Source: Podarcis bocagei (lineage: Eukaryota). From it: a DNA stretch of 64,000 bases. The notes beneath the pieces are model-generated. The model was not told the DNA's origin, searched no databases, and worked only from the letters and a program-made list of their open reading frames with translations. Made by a program: the position numbers and the translations under genes. Where the stretch lies: assembly GCA_964188305.1 (NCBI GenBank), contig OZ076885.1; one strand, 5' to 3'. Shown here in pieces: positions 25,908-38,028 of this stretch. Position 1 is the first letter of the stretch; every line of letters begins with the position of its first letter.

Positions 25908-25909
<2 letters not shown>

Positions 25910-25946
<37 letters not shown>
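25910..25946. repeat. (TA)n microsatellite
   Basis: Read directly; abuts the Penelope remnant. Confidence 0.97.
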
Positions 25947-25949
<3 letters not shown>

Positions 25950-26248
25950 CAGTAGCACCTTAGAGACCAACTGGGTTTGTTCTTGGTATAAGCTTTCATG
26001 TGCATGCACACTTCTGGATATATGGACTCTGTTCTGAAACTGTAGGCCATCAGTGATCCTAGCTACATAAGTGACACCACAAACTTTCTGAGGAAAATAC
26101 AATCTTTGAACAGGTATCTGAAGAAGTGTGCATGCACATGAAAGCTTATACCAAGAACAAACTTAGTTGGTCTCTAAGGTGCTACTGGACAATTTTTTAA
26201 TATATATTTTGAGTGCGTCAGACCAACACAGCTACCTACCTGAATCTA
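25947..26248 (+). mobile_element. Penelope remnant with inverted pLTR copies
   Basis: 69-bp inverted arms at 25947-26015 and 26122-26190; homologous to 20551-20627 and to the CAGACCAACAC tail near 21453. Confidence 0.85.
26113..26152 (+). ncRNA. Minimal type I hammerhead ribozyme motif, sense to the Cyrano pre-mRNA
   Basis: GGUAU-CUGAAGA-AGUGUGCAUGCACAU-GAAA-GCUUA-UACC, with a palindromic AAGCUU stem III. Confidence 0.75.
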
Positions 26249-29200
26249 GAGGAATGGAGTATTACGTTGTACTGATATTGCAGCCATTGCACTTGAGTCT
26301 CAGCGGTGCTGTTCCATTATTAGATCTTGCTTTAAATTAGATGAAGTACAGAAATTTCAATTCCTATAACAGCCCTTTACTGTTGAGTACTGCCAAAGTA
26401 CCTGTTATAAGTAATTACATTTTACTATCATTCACTTCATTGGTTTTATTTACTATTTTAAGAAAGCAGAATAAAATTGCTTGGTACTAGAATCATTATA
26501 GCTGCTGACTAAACTGTGTCCTATTCCCCTGCTCTGCTCAGTGCAAAGTGATTGTTTTAAAACATAGCTTCCAGTTTATATTTTGCTGAATGGAGTAGGG
26601 AGATAAAGCTTCAGATTCTTTTTTGGCCTTAGTCTTATTGATGACAAAATTCTGTAAATGAAGAAGCACTGTTCTGGGAAATTGATTTGCATCACAAAAT
26701 AGTCCTGGGCACCCCCTTCCTCCAAGCTTTACACAATGCCATGTTAGCATCATGATAATGTATTAATACATTAAACATTTCAGTGTTGCTGTTCAGGGTG
26801 AAGGGGATTTATATTATTAATTGGGTGAGTAGACAACCTGCTTTGTGAATGTAGCAGTGATTTCAAAAACACAAACCTGTTTTTAAATCTTGCATTACAG
26901 TTTCAATACCTTGACTTGCATCTTCACCTTCCATGGGTTTTCATGTGAGTTGGGTATAATTCCATCATGTCACTGGAAAATCTTGCATTATTTTGTTATG
27001 AAAATACTCTCAGATATGTGGAGAGGTGACTAGAAATGAAAGTAGTACGTATAGCAGCCACGTTCTCCCACTCTCCCCTTCCTACTTTCTTCTTAGTTAA
27101 GTAGCTCAGCATTTCAGTTACTGTAATTTATCATGAGAATTGTCAGAGAATTTAAATATGCTTTAAAAATTTCTTGTAGTTAATGCGGTTTGATTTTTAA
27201 AATGAAATTTCAGAGTGCAAGATGCTATGAGAATTTAAAGACCATCTTAAATGGCTAGAAATTTCTTAAGGTGCTTACACTTCTTTGCCTTTAAAAATAT
27301 TGTGTATTGCAGAAAGTGAATAAGCACCAGAATGCTGCTGTTTGTGTGTACCGGGTATATGTGTGTGTTTAATTGTATGATGAGCACCCCTGCTCACAGG
27401 TGATCCATCATTCTACTGCTAGACTTGTCAGCTTTGCATTCTTAGGACCCAAGTGTAGTCCTTCCCTTTGAAATTTAATTAGAAACTGCAGATTTTCTGA
27501 TCTTCTCTATTTGAAACACTCCATTCTTTCCCCAAGAATTGCATATTACTTGATTAGATAGTAATTGGAGGGAAATGTACCGGTAACCCTTTGTGCTTCT
27601 TTAGTTATGACTGCACTGTTATAAGCTGTTGAAGAAATGCAGAGGCTCTGAATGAAAAATGCATTCATTTGAGCATTGCATTTCTGACTGTTCAGTGAAG
27701 GCTAGGCAAATGTGATCTTGATGAATTATACCCTGATGTTAAATGCATTGGCTTGAAGATAAGAGCTCTTTCATGCTGTACACAGCCCGCTACCACTGTA
27801 TGGAGCAATGAAGACAAGGTCCAAAGAAGGAATTGTAACTCCAAGCAAACAATGGAAAGGTACCAGGAAGGCAAAATCAATTGGTAGCTCCTGTGCACAT
27901 GTCCCCAAGCGTTTGGGATTCGCCTGTACCTTTCTGATGCTGTACATTTCAGAAGTGGTGTGCATAGCTTGTTGGGTTTTAGAGACTGTTGTAAATCATG
28001 GTTTGCCACTAATCATGGTTAGAAGCTTCTAGTTGTGTCACATTTGCCAGGGGCAGGATGGGAACAGGAGTGTGCAAGTCAGCTTCTTGTGGCATAGTTA
28101 GCATTGCATCTACGTAATCCCATTTATTACAATGAGCACTTCTATTTATTCCTTAAGACAAAATTTATGAGATAATTTATGCCTCATCGTGAAAGGACAT
28201 TGTCTGTTATACTAGCAGGCTGTGCATTGTCATCATGATTTATACGGGTTCTGGCACCTCTTTGGTGCGTTCCGGCACCTCTGTAGCATTGCAGCACGGG
28301 GGCACGCTGCTCAGGGCTGCGCGCCAGAGGCTGTGGGTGGCACTGCACTCCATGTTGAGCAACTGAGGCTGTGAGTGGCACAGTCTTTAGCGCAGTGGCA
28401 GTGCGGTGAGCGGGCAAAGAAGAGAGCCCCCCCCCCATGGTCACCAACTTTGGCCGGGCACTCCCCTAAGAAAAGCTCAGCAAGTTCCGGCACCTCTTTT
28501 CCTAGAAGAAAAGCCCTGGGTGGAGACTTTTTTCAATACTAGGAAACCCAGTATCTTAGGATAAGAAGAGGAACATGTGATACATTTTTTTTCTGTGGCC
28601 TGAATTTGAGTTTCTTTCCTGTTGTGTGCCATAGGTCCATGCATGCACCATCTTGATTGGCAGTCAGAATAAGAAAATTATCAGAAAGCTAAAGGCAAGA
28701 GTTCCTGGTGATAAAGAGTTTCTGCAGCCATAAATCAAAAGGTAAGTGTTGGTTTAACCCTTCTTTGGATAATATGAAAGCCGTTTGCGGCCTACCATAC
28801 TAGGAATAGTGTTTATGTTATACATTAAGTCTGCAACTTACACACATTTAACTAGTGTGCATTAAGCTTTACCACTTGGCAAAATAATAAAAATAAGTAA
28901 AAGGAGATGCACATCCAAGAAAAAAGACTTTGGCAATTGCACCCAATGTGTTTTGACTATACATGGTTTTGGCTTCAGGCACAATTCCTGGAACATAACC
29001 CCCAGGTAAGTTGTGGGCTTACTGTTCTTGGTTCAGATGAGAGCATACCATTTGGAGTTTTTACTAAGAAACTTGGTAGTTTTGCTGACAACTCCCTTCT
29101 CATGCAGTTCTAAAACCAATAACTATAAATAACCCCTTCCAGAATAAAGACACCACCCATGAAAGTTAGCTTTTTATGATATTGTTTGACTGATGTATGA

Positions 29201-32200
29201 TTTTTAAAAGCTCTCAATCTTTTCTTACCCAGGGGAAAACATTCTTGTGGTTGCAGTCAAAGAATCAGGAGTCAGAAAATTACAGTAGTCTTATGCAACA
29301 GTAAGTAAATATGGAAAGGTGGTGTTAAGCTGAATTGACAGAAATTATTTCAGGTCCTTGGATAGAAATCTATAAATGTGTAAAGTCGGATAAAAGTATC
29401 TGGGTGTTTTCCACTACCCACTTGAAAGCTTTTTTCCAGCAGAGGAGAAGTGGAGTCTTGGATATGTTTACACTGCCCTGCTCGGTTACCTAAGTGGGCT
29501 CAGCAACGTCTCTCCAAATTCACTTCCTGCCAGTTGGACTGCAGGTTGACAGTTATCACTCTCTCTCACTAGATGAACGCATGGGAGAATGGCAACCCAG
29601 ATTTTCCTTTTATTTTTTCTTCCATCAGTCTGCCTTTCTGTGCTCCCCCCTTTCTCCATCTTAGCAGGATGAGTCTGCCAACCCTCTCTGGAGTCATCCG
29701 ACAAGGGAAGGAAGCTGGGTCTCCCATTTCCCCTCATGACATGAAACCAACTCATAGTTGAAGTGTGCTGTATTGAAATGATGAAACACTCACCAACTGC
29801 TCACAGTTTCTGTTTATTCTCTGAGGTTTTCTTCCTCTGGCAATCTTTTTATTCCATTGCAATATCTGAATTAATTAGCATTTATCCCTGAAATAGGTTT
29901 ATTTCATACATCTTGAATGATATACCAGGTAGACTTCTAGCACTGCTCATAATGTATTTAGCATTGGCCACAGCAATCAGGATCTGTTCTTGGTGTGTGA
30001 AACCTGAGGGGTCCCAGAATAAGAACTGCTTGGAATACTATGGGGGGGCGGTGGTCACAGACACTGTAATTCACCTGTAAAACAATTCCTCCAAATCTTT
30101 AAAAGTTCCAAGGTTCCCATAAAATGTATATGTGAAGTCAGTTTCAACTTAATTTAGAGTGAAATTACTTTCTCTTTTAATTAGTTAATTTGTGTGTGTG
30201 TGTTTCCAGGTCCTTTCCTGTCGACCCAACACAGGCTGCTAAAGGAGCTTTGACTGCTTCTGGTGAAGAAAACTCATTCCTTTATCTCCATGAGGGAAAA
30301 TGAAGAAGCACTGCTTATTTTCTGCTCCACTCCTTAACATGAATTGGAGATGTAAAGCCTGTATTATAGAAAAAATACTACTGTCCTTGCAGAGCAACTG
30401 AAATTAATGGCTGACATTTCACTGAAACATGCAAACTTTTTGTTCAGAGTTTTTGCACTCTATAAATGATTTTGCATATAGATAGAGGCATAACCCTAAT
30501 TTGATTGGCATTTCCCCCCTTTCAAACTACCTTGGTAAAATAACTGCCTACTCTCAACATAGCATTTAGAGAAGCGAGAAATTGATATATCCTTGGAACT
30601 TGTTACACAAACCTTTAAAGAAAATATTGTGCAGAAATAAAAGGATATACAGGTGTACTTAAAATGAGGAATAACTTCTTAAAAAGGAAAAAAAAAACAG
30701 CTTGCGAAATTGCCCTGTTGGAATTTTTCTCCTTTTAAAAGTAGCCAATTTATAGGTGTCCATCTTGATGCTACTATGCGAAGCAGTTGAAGCACAGTAG
30801 CATTTAGTAATTTTGTTCACTGTTTTGAGTAGACTATTAAAAAACAAAACTTGCATATATAAATTTACATAATTGCTGGAAAGGAGAGGTGATCCTGTGA
30901 GTTGCTGCTTTTCTAGCAAGATCCTTCCCAAGGGGTTGAAATCTTGAAACCACCCCAGGAGCAATGGGTTTTACATGGTATCCTCAGTCTTCCTAGGGAA
31001 TTCAGCAACAAAAGGAATAATACCTTTCTCCAAGCTTTTATCCAAAGGCACCAACTGATAGTGTAAAATATATGTGAAATTTCCCACCAGTTGGATGAAC
31101 AAAGACAACACATGCTCAGAAAGGGCTTCTTCACTAATTTTGTGGGTCACTGGAAGTTAAGGTGGAAATTCTGTTTCTAACATGTTTACAAAAGATGCTT
31201 TGTCTCAATTGCACATGATTCATATAGGACATTTTCTTTAGCATGGAATAATAGCTGATTTATTAGCCACACCTTGCAAGGGTAGATTGATTCCTGGTTT
31301 TAGAAAAGTCTCTCCCGCTTCCTTATGCTGAAGCCCTCAGCACTGCACCTTCAGTCTTACTGAAAATGTGAGTTTAAAATCTGCCAATGGCTTCAAAATA
31401 TTTTCAATCTGGGTAAAAAAATGGGAGTGCATGTTATAATGGTCAGTCTTGGTTATCAACATTTTCAGTGCTACTTGATGTCTGGTTTGAGGTAGCAATG
31501 GCAATATTTCATGTCATGGAAAACAGCGGCTGTTTGGGGGTATTTAATAGTTTTGAAAGGAACATCCCAAGCTAAATACTGGTATTTGCTCATCACTTAA
31601 TCTTATGTTCCTTTTATATAATAAAAGATTCACATAAATACTTAGGAAAGCTTATTCAGATGCTTTCCTTAATTCAAATCAGGTTTTTTTTAATGGGATG
31701 TTTAATTGAAGATTATCAAACAGGTAAATATTTATAACTACTGAACATAATCATATTTATGACTTGGGTCAGCTTGCTGTGGGGAAATTGTCATGGTTGT
31801 CATTTAGATTGGCTTTGAAGTATACTTAAATCCTAATTCAAATAGAAATCCAGAAATAAAAGTAGTTGGATTTCCTTCTAGGTTCTTCTGAACAGGAATT
31901 CCTGTTTAATTTATTGGGATTTTAGATATAGGGTTAGGCTTCTTAGTTAAACATTCTCTCATTCTGGAACTGAAAATTCAGAAGACATCAAGTGTAGTGA
32001 TGATTTGCTTCTATGTTGGTAGACTTTATGTTGTCTTCCCTATGTACTTCTCTCAGATTTAATTTGTAAAAGAATATGCTGGCACAGAGTGAAAATGTTT
32101 AGTTTCCCTAAATTGTCAGGATAGATATAAGAGAAAGTGGCCATATCAGTTGCACAAAATTCCAGCAAAGAACAACTCCCCCATCCCCTTTCCCTCTAGA

Positions 32201-32402
32201 TCCCCTGACTACATGAGGACTCAGTTTAAAAACTTGGAGAAATGAGTGCTGTACATGGCCCAAGAAACCCGTTTGTAGTACTTCTCCTGTAGCATCTTAA
32301 AAGTACTGTGTCAAGGCAATACTGCCTTAATCTTTTTATTTTACATTTTGATCTGCATCTGTTTATGTTGGCAGGAAATCTTTCCCTTATGAAAAACAAA
32401 TA

Positions 32403-32418
32403 CCGGGCACGTGCAATA
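32403..32418 (+). promoter_or_regulatory. OIP5-AS1: miR-25/92-family 8mer site with 3' supplementary pairing
   Basis: GTGCAATA at 32411-32418, plus CCGGG at 32403-32407 complementary to miR-92a nt 13-17. Confidence 0.75.
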
Positions 32419-32481
32419 GTATAATATATACATATAAATATATTTTAATACTTGTGGACAAAATGTTACAAGTTGTTTGAG

Positions 32482-32507
32482 AACAACAAAATCACCAATG
32501 TCTTCCA
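32482..32507 (+). promoter_or_regulatory. OIP5-AS1: Extensively complementary miR-7 site (TDMD trigger)
   Basis: AACAACAAAATCAC-CAAT-GTCTTCCA versus the miR-7 reverse complement AACAACAAAATCAC-TA-GTCTTCCA. Confidence 0.96.
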
Positions 32508-35500
32508 TTTTGAGATGTGTATAGTTCCATAAGCATTAGTGCTTTGTAGCAAAACTGTAGTGCCATGTTAGGATCAGTGCATGAGCCTAGTAGTACTTTT
32601 TTTACAATTTCAGAGTGACAAATTAACAAGGCTGATGGTGTAATTCATAAGAAACTGACAAGATTATGGTTATGGGCTAAGGATGCAGTGTCCTTTCTAG
32701 GCAATGATAGCATATATTGGTGAATAAAATCAGTAGCATGAGGAGTGCATGGATCTTGAATCTGTAAGCAGGTAGAAGTGCACTTCAAGGAAACTACAGT
32801 TGAAACAGTCCTTAACAAATCCTTTTTTGAGCAAATAATATTTTGCTGCAATGGGAAAATTCACTGATCTCTTGGACTAAGAAGTTTCACAGATTTAAGT
32901 GTGCATAAGGCTAATCTTTGCCACAACATGTTCTCATAAAATGTCCCTCATATATGACTGTTCTCCATTCAGAAGAGCCTATAAACTCTTACTCAGTTAC
33001 CCACTAGTTGCATATTTGCTCATAAGTACCCTTATGTTAGAGCAGCACATCATCTATCAAGTTGAAAAAATGACTAAATTACAAATAATAACACTGCTAC
33101 TACTATTCAAGATTGGTAGTATTCATTTTTGAAAGCAAATGATTCTCATTTTTCTACTTCCATAGAAAGCACCTGAAGGAGTTTGCTGTTTTAAAAAATT
33201 TTAAATCATTGCAGTACAACTATTTGGGTCACTAAGATGTCTCCCTGCTTATATTATCAATTTGCTTTTAGTTCAAATAAGTGAGATCAGCAATTCAGGC
33301 ACCTGATTTTTCTGTGCAGATCCTGTAGTCTGGACTGCTGTGATTCTGTTTTTAGAAAACAACTACTTGTAGCTTAAAGAGGATACTGCATCTTTTTCTT
33401 GGTCTTGTCTGTAAATGGCTACCTTGGTGAGGAAAAAAATATTTCTGGTTTTGGTTTACCATTGGCTAAAAATTCATAGGAAACATTTAATTAACCACAA
33501 AACAAGAGATCTATGTTTAAAGGTCTCTGCCCATTCTCCCTTGAAATTTGGGAAGGTGGGTTGTTTACAAATGAGCAGTGAGGACCTGAGCTCAGCCAAG
33601 GTTCTGTTGGAAAGAAATGTATCTGTCCCATTGAATGAAATAGTTTTTAGTGCTTGGGAGAATCAATTGATGGAAAAATACCTCTGAAACTGGAATGCAA
33701 AATAGCACAGTATGTAGGGGGAAAGAATCCCTGATGCAAATAAAGCCATAAGATGACTTAATCAATAGAACTTTAGTAGCAATAACTGTTTGCATGTAAT
33801 AGGAACTACTTGCATTAGCAAGTATTGTATAATAGAATAAATGGTACTAACCAAATAGGTTTGTGGTGCTCTGTGTTGCAGGGAGTTGCCTGACATGATG
33901 AGTTTCTCTTTAAAATGTTAGGAAATTCCTCAAAGGAAGTTGGCACTTGAATGCTTTATTGAGGAGCCTGTTTAAAACTCCTGCATAGCTCCCCCCCCCC
34001 CCAATTGATGCAACTAGGGCAGAAACTTGTTGTGGTCATGGGCTAAAGATGCAGTGTGCATGAGAAAGTGGATGAACCCCTGTCCTCCTTGTCAATAGAT
34101 AGCATGTAGTTGAACTTCTGGTGTGAAAGGAAACTCTTCAGAGACTGTGAACAGGGCCAGGTTCAACCTAAACATGCAATTTAGATTTGACCGTGGAAAC
34201 TTGTTGCCATTACCTAAAGCTGGTTAGATGTGTCAAATTTTTGAGGAATGTTGGCAAGGTACAAAGCATCCTAGCACCTAGCAAGTGTTGTGTCTCCTGA
34301 AAATGTTATTTTTTCTCTTTAAAAAACCTTTTAAAAACTTGTACGCCTGTTACGTGGTTTCACTCTTAATTATAAAAGCTACTTTTGAGTTTGGAAGCTT
34401 CTATTCTAGATGGGTATGCCTGGCAATCTTACCCTCACCACTCTATAGAGTGCAGTTCATACCTCTTTAAAATGCAACTTGCACTAACCTAGTATGCATG
34501 TAAGACCATGTAAACTGTAAGCCTAATATGTAACTCTGCCTTAAACAGGATTCCGCTGAAGTAGAACAGATTCATCTACAAGGTTGGGATGTATACTTGA
34601 AGGCTTTACCTTTATTGTTTTCCTTAATTGGAAGGAGTTATATCCCAGCTGGTGTGTTTCTGCCAATAGAAGGCTTTTGAATAGGGATCAAGGCTATTTT
34701 GGGTAGCTCCCCTTCCCTCAACAGCTGCCCATACTGTTCAAAGGGCCCACCAATTCTCCAGGTCAGATTTGAGTGGGAAGGAGGAATCACTGAAGAGTGC
34801 CTCAACCCTTTTTCCACTGATGGCTCCACTGTACTAAAGAGCCTTCCATAAGCAGAATATGGCCAGAGGGTAGCCAGTATCTATCATCAGTCTGATTAAT
34901 ACAGCCACATGTTCAAGTGGATGGAAGAAGCCCATATTTTAAAAGTAGATATATATTCTGTACAGAACGACCCCTATATATTCATTCTGTAATATGAGCT
35001 TTACTAATGGTTTCCAAAATAATGTTTGAAATCTGAATCGAGGAGACTGTCCTTTATATGTGAAAAAACAGACAACAAAAACCTGTGACTATTTTGTTCA
35101 CATCACAAAATATACAAGGCACTTTTTACTGTTTTCAAACAAACATGATTCTAGGGCTAAGGAAATTTGCACTTTGTTAACCATTCTGAGCAAACTGGCA
35201 GAATCCGAAAGGCGTATCTCGGCTATGCCACCAGTAGGGCTTGCTTTGCTCTAAATTTATTTTGAGTTGCTGGTTTGCAGATACTTTTCAATTTGCAAAA
35301 CTGGTGCTTGACTGACATAGTGCTGCTGCTACCCAATTTAATAAATAATGAGCTTTTTAGCTTGGTATCTGGATAAGTGTGTGAGCTTCATACATGCAGG
35401 ATTTGCTGTTGTGGTGCTTAGTCAGAAACATTTAGGATGTGGTTAACTGTTTGAAGATGCTTGGCTATCTTGCATAACCTCATAATGGAGAGCTTTGCTG

Positions 35501-37662
35501 CCTAGATCTATAGAAATGAGGGGTTCTGTTACTCTCCAGAGCAGCCTTTGCCAGCCTGGTGCCCTCCAGATGCTTTGTGCTGTAGGTCCCATCAACCCCA
35601 GCAGCACATCCAAAACAACTGGAGGACACCTGTGAGAGGCGGCTTCAACAAATTGCACTTAATCAGTTTGCACCTCAGTAACTGTGGTATTTAAACTCCT
35701 GAAGGTTTAGCACTGAAATTTGTTTCCGTAAGCAGTTAATGAGGGGAAAGATCTTTCTATGAAGTGGCTCTTCATGGCACATAAGCAGCACTTGGGGTAT
35801 ACATGGTGTATACACCACCACCTCGTTTCCATTTATTCTCCTAACAGCCTTTATTCTATCAGTGGAGAACAGGATTTCATTCTAAGTATATTAGTGCCAT
35901 TCTTTATGAATGGTTGCAGGGGGCTCTTCTTTAATAGTCTGTCTCTATTCTACATGTGCACTAGTTTTTGTGATAAAATCCCCCTTACTTGACTTCTCCC
36001 TTTTAGACCTTTTATTCTTGCTTTGCACTTTGAAGAACAGTAATTATTGAGCAGTAGAAGTCCAAGCACAATACATGGGTGCCAATAAATGTATTTTCCA
36101 AACAGGCTTCTGGGATATAGATGGTAAGTTTGCAATTGGTAGTGTTGGATCTTTGCAACAGGATTTGGAGGCCTAAGCTGAACTGAATTTTTGTACCATG
36201 CTTTATTAAGTACTTGAAGATTGAGGGTGGGGATGGAGGAAGGACAAGGAGTTTATGCCCTCACCCTGTACACAGAAAGGCAATGAGTTCTCCCTGCCCT
36301 GAAATGTAGAGGAATGGTCAGCTAAGTGGTGCTCCCCAAAGACTGCAGGAATAAAGGCTTAATAGGGTCTCTGCTGAACAAAGAACTCATTTGTATGAAA
36401 GGACTCTTATGACAGGAATGTGGAAAACAAAATACTAGAGAATGAGAATATGTCATGTGATGGGGCAGGGGAGAATGCCCCAAGGTGAAGATTTCCTACA
36501 TAACTAGATGAGAAGGAAGCAGGTTTAGAGCTGGAGATTGGTTCTATCTGAAGGGGGGGGGCAGGATGAAAGCATTCGAGTTTGATCACTTGCTAGTTGG
36601 TTTTAGATGGAATTGTCAACTTTCCCTAATTACAGCACAATGAACATTCCACAGAGTTTAGCATCTAAATAGTTGCAACTTATCTGTCCTCTGCCATCTT
36701 TGACAAACCCTTGGAAAGCAGATGAGGTTGTGAAACTCAAGTATGGAAAACATACATGGAAAATTGACAATGGCACAAGCACATAGGCTCACAAACCAAG
36801 TCTTTTATAGAGGTAGTATTCTAATTATGCATGATTAAGATGTCTAGTGTTATAGTTATTACCAGTAAATTGATATATGCATTTATACATAATGAAGCAA
36901 TAGGAACTAATATACCAATAGCTTGAACTTACTGCTTTGATTCTCAGATTTTGATTTTAGAGAACATTCTGTCTCTTTAAAGGAGGCAGAATGTACAAAT
37001 AAGAGAAGCATGACACCAAAACTGTGTATTTGAAAGAAGAATCAGCAGAATGAGCCCTTTTGACCTCTTACCAGGTTCATTGTGTTCCCTTGAGCCTACA
37101 TAATATGAGCATGGTTGGTGGTAAGATGGGTTTCTTGGCTGCTGCAATTGTACAAATAAAAAAGGTGCAGAGTTTCAGAGTACAGAGAAGGCACTAGATG
37201 AACGCCAAATAGGGCAATAGCAAAATGTTGTATGTAGTAGGATTTTTCAGGTAACAAGAAGGAACCTGGATCACAACCTGTTGGCTGCAAATAAATGAGA
37301 ATTTAGGTGGATGAAATCATTAAGCAGTCCTTACTCTTCAGGTATTGAGTTTAAATGACAGGTTCTCCTCGCCAGGTATCTCTCACCCTGTTAGGCAGCT
37401 ATACCAAGATGAACTGGTTTCAGACCAGCATTAATATACCTTACAATAACTAATCTGAAAATGGCAAAGTTTTGCTTTAGACACAAAGCAAGTTAAAGCT
37501 TGCTAAGTAGGAGTGGAGCTTGCTAACTAGATTCAAGAGAGTAAATGGCACCCCCATAAAAATTATTGGTTTAGTTACAAAAAAAGTAAAAAGTGGGTGC
37601 ATTTAATGGTAGAATATATATGCCGAATACATATTAAATATTAAGTAGAGGATGGTAGAGGA

Positions 37663-38028
37663 GGGACGCGGGTGGCGCTGTGGGCTAAAGCCTCAGCGCC
37701 TAGGGCTTGCCGATCGAAAGGTCGGCGGTTCGAATCCCCGCGGCGGGGTGCGCTCCCGCTGCTCGGTCCCAGCGCCTGCCAACCTAGCAGTTCGAAAGCA
37801 CCCCTGGGTGCAAGTAGATAAATAGGTACCGCTTACCAGCGGGAAGGTAAACGGCGTTCCGTGTGCTGCGCTGGCTCGCCAGATGCAGCTTTGTCACGCT
37901 GGCCACGTGACCCGGAAGTGTCTCCGGACAGCGCTGGCCCCCGGCCAATAGATGTGAGATGGGCGCACAAACCCCAGAGTCTGTCAAGACTGGCCCGTTC
38001 GGGCAGGGGTACCTTTACCTTTACCTTT
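37663..38028 (+). mobile_element. Young full-length Sauria/Squam1 SINE
   Basis: CpGs intact; A/B boxes present; (ACCTTT)n tail; 14-bp TSD TAGAGGATGGTAGA at 37646-37659 and 38029-38042. Confidence 0.92.
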
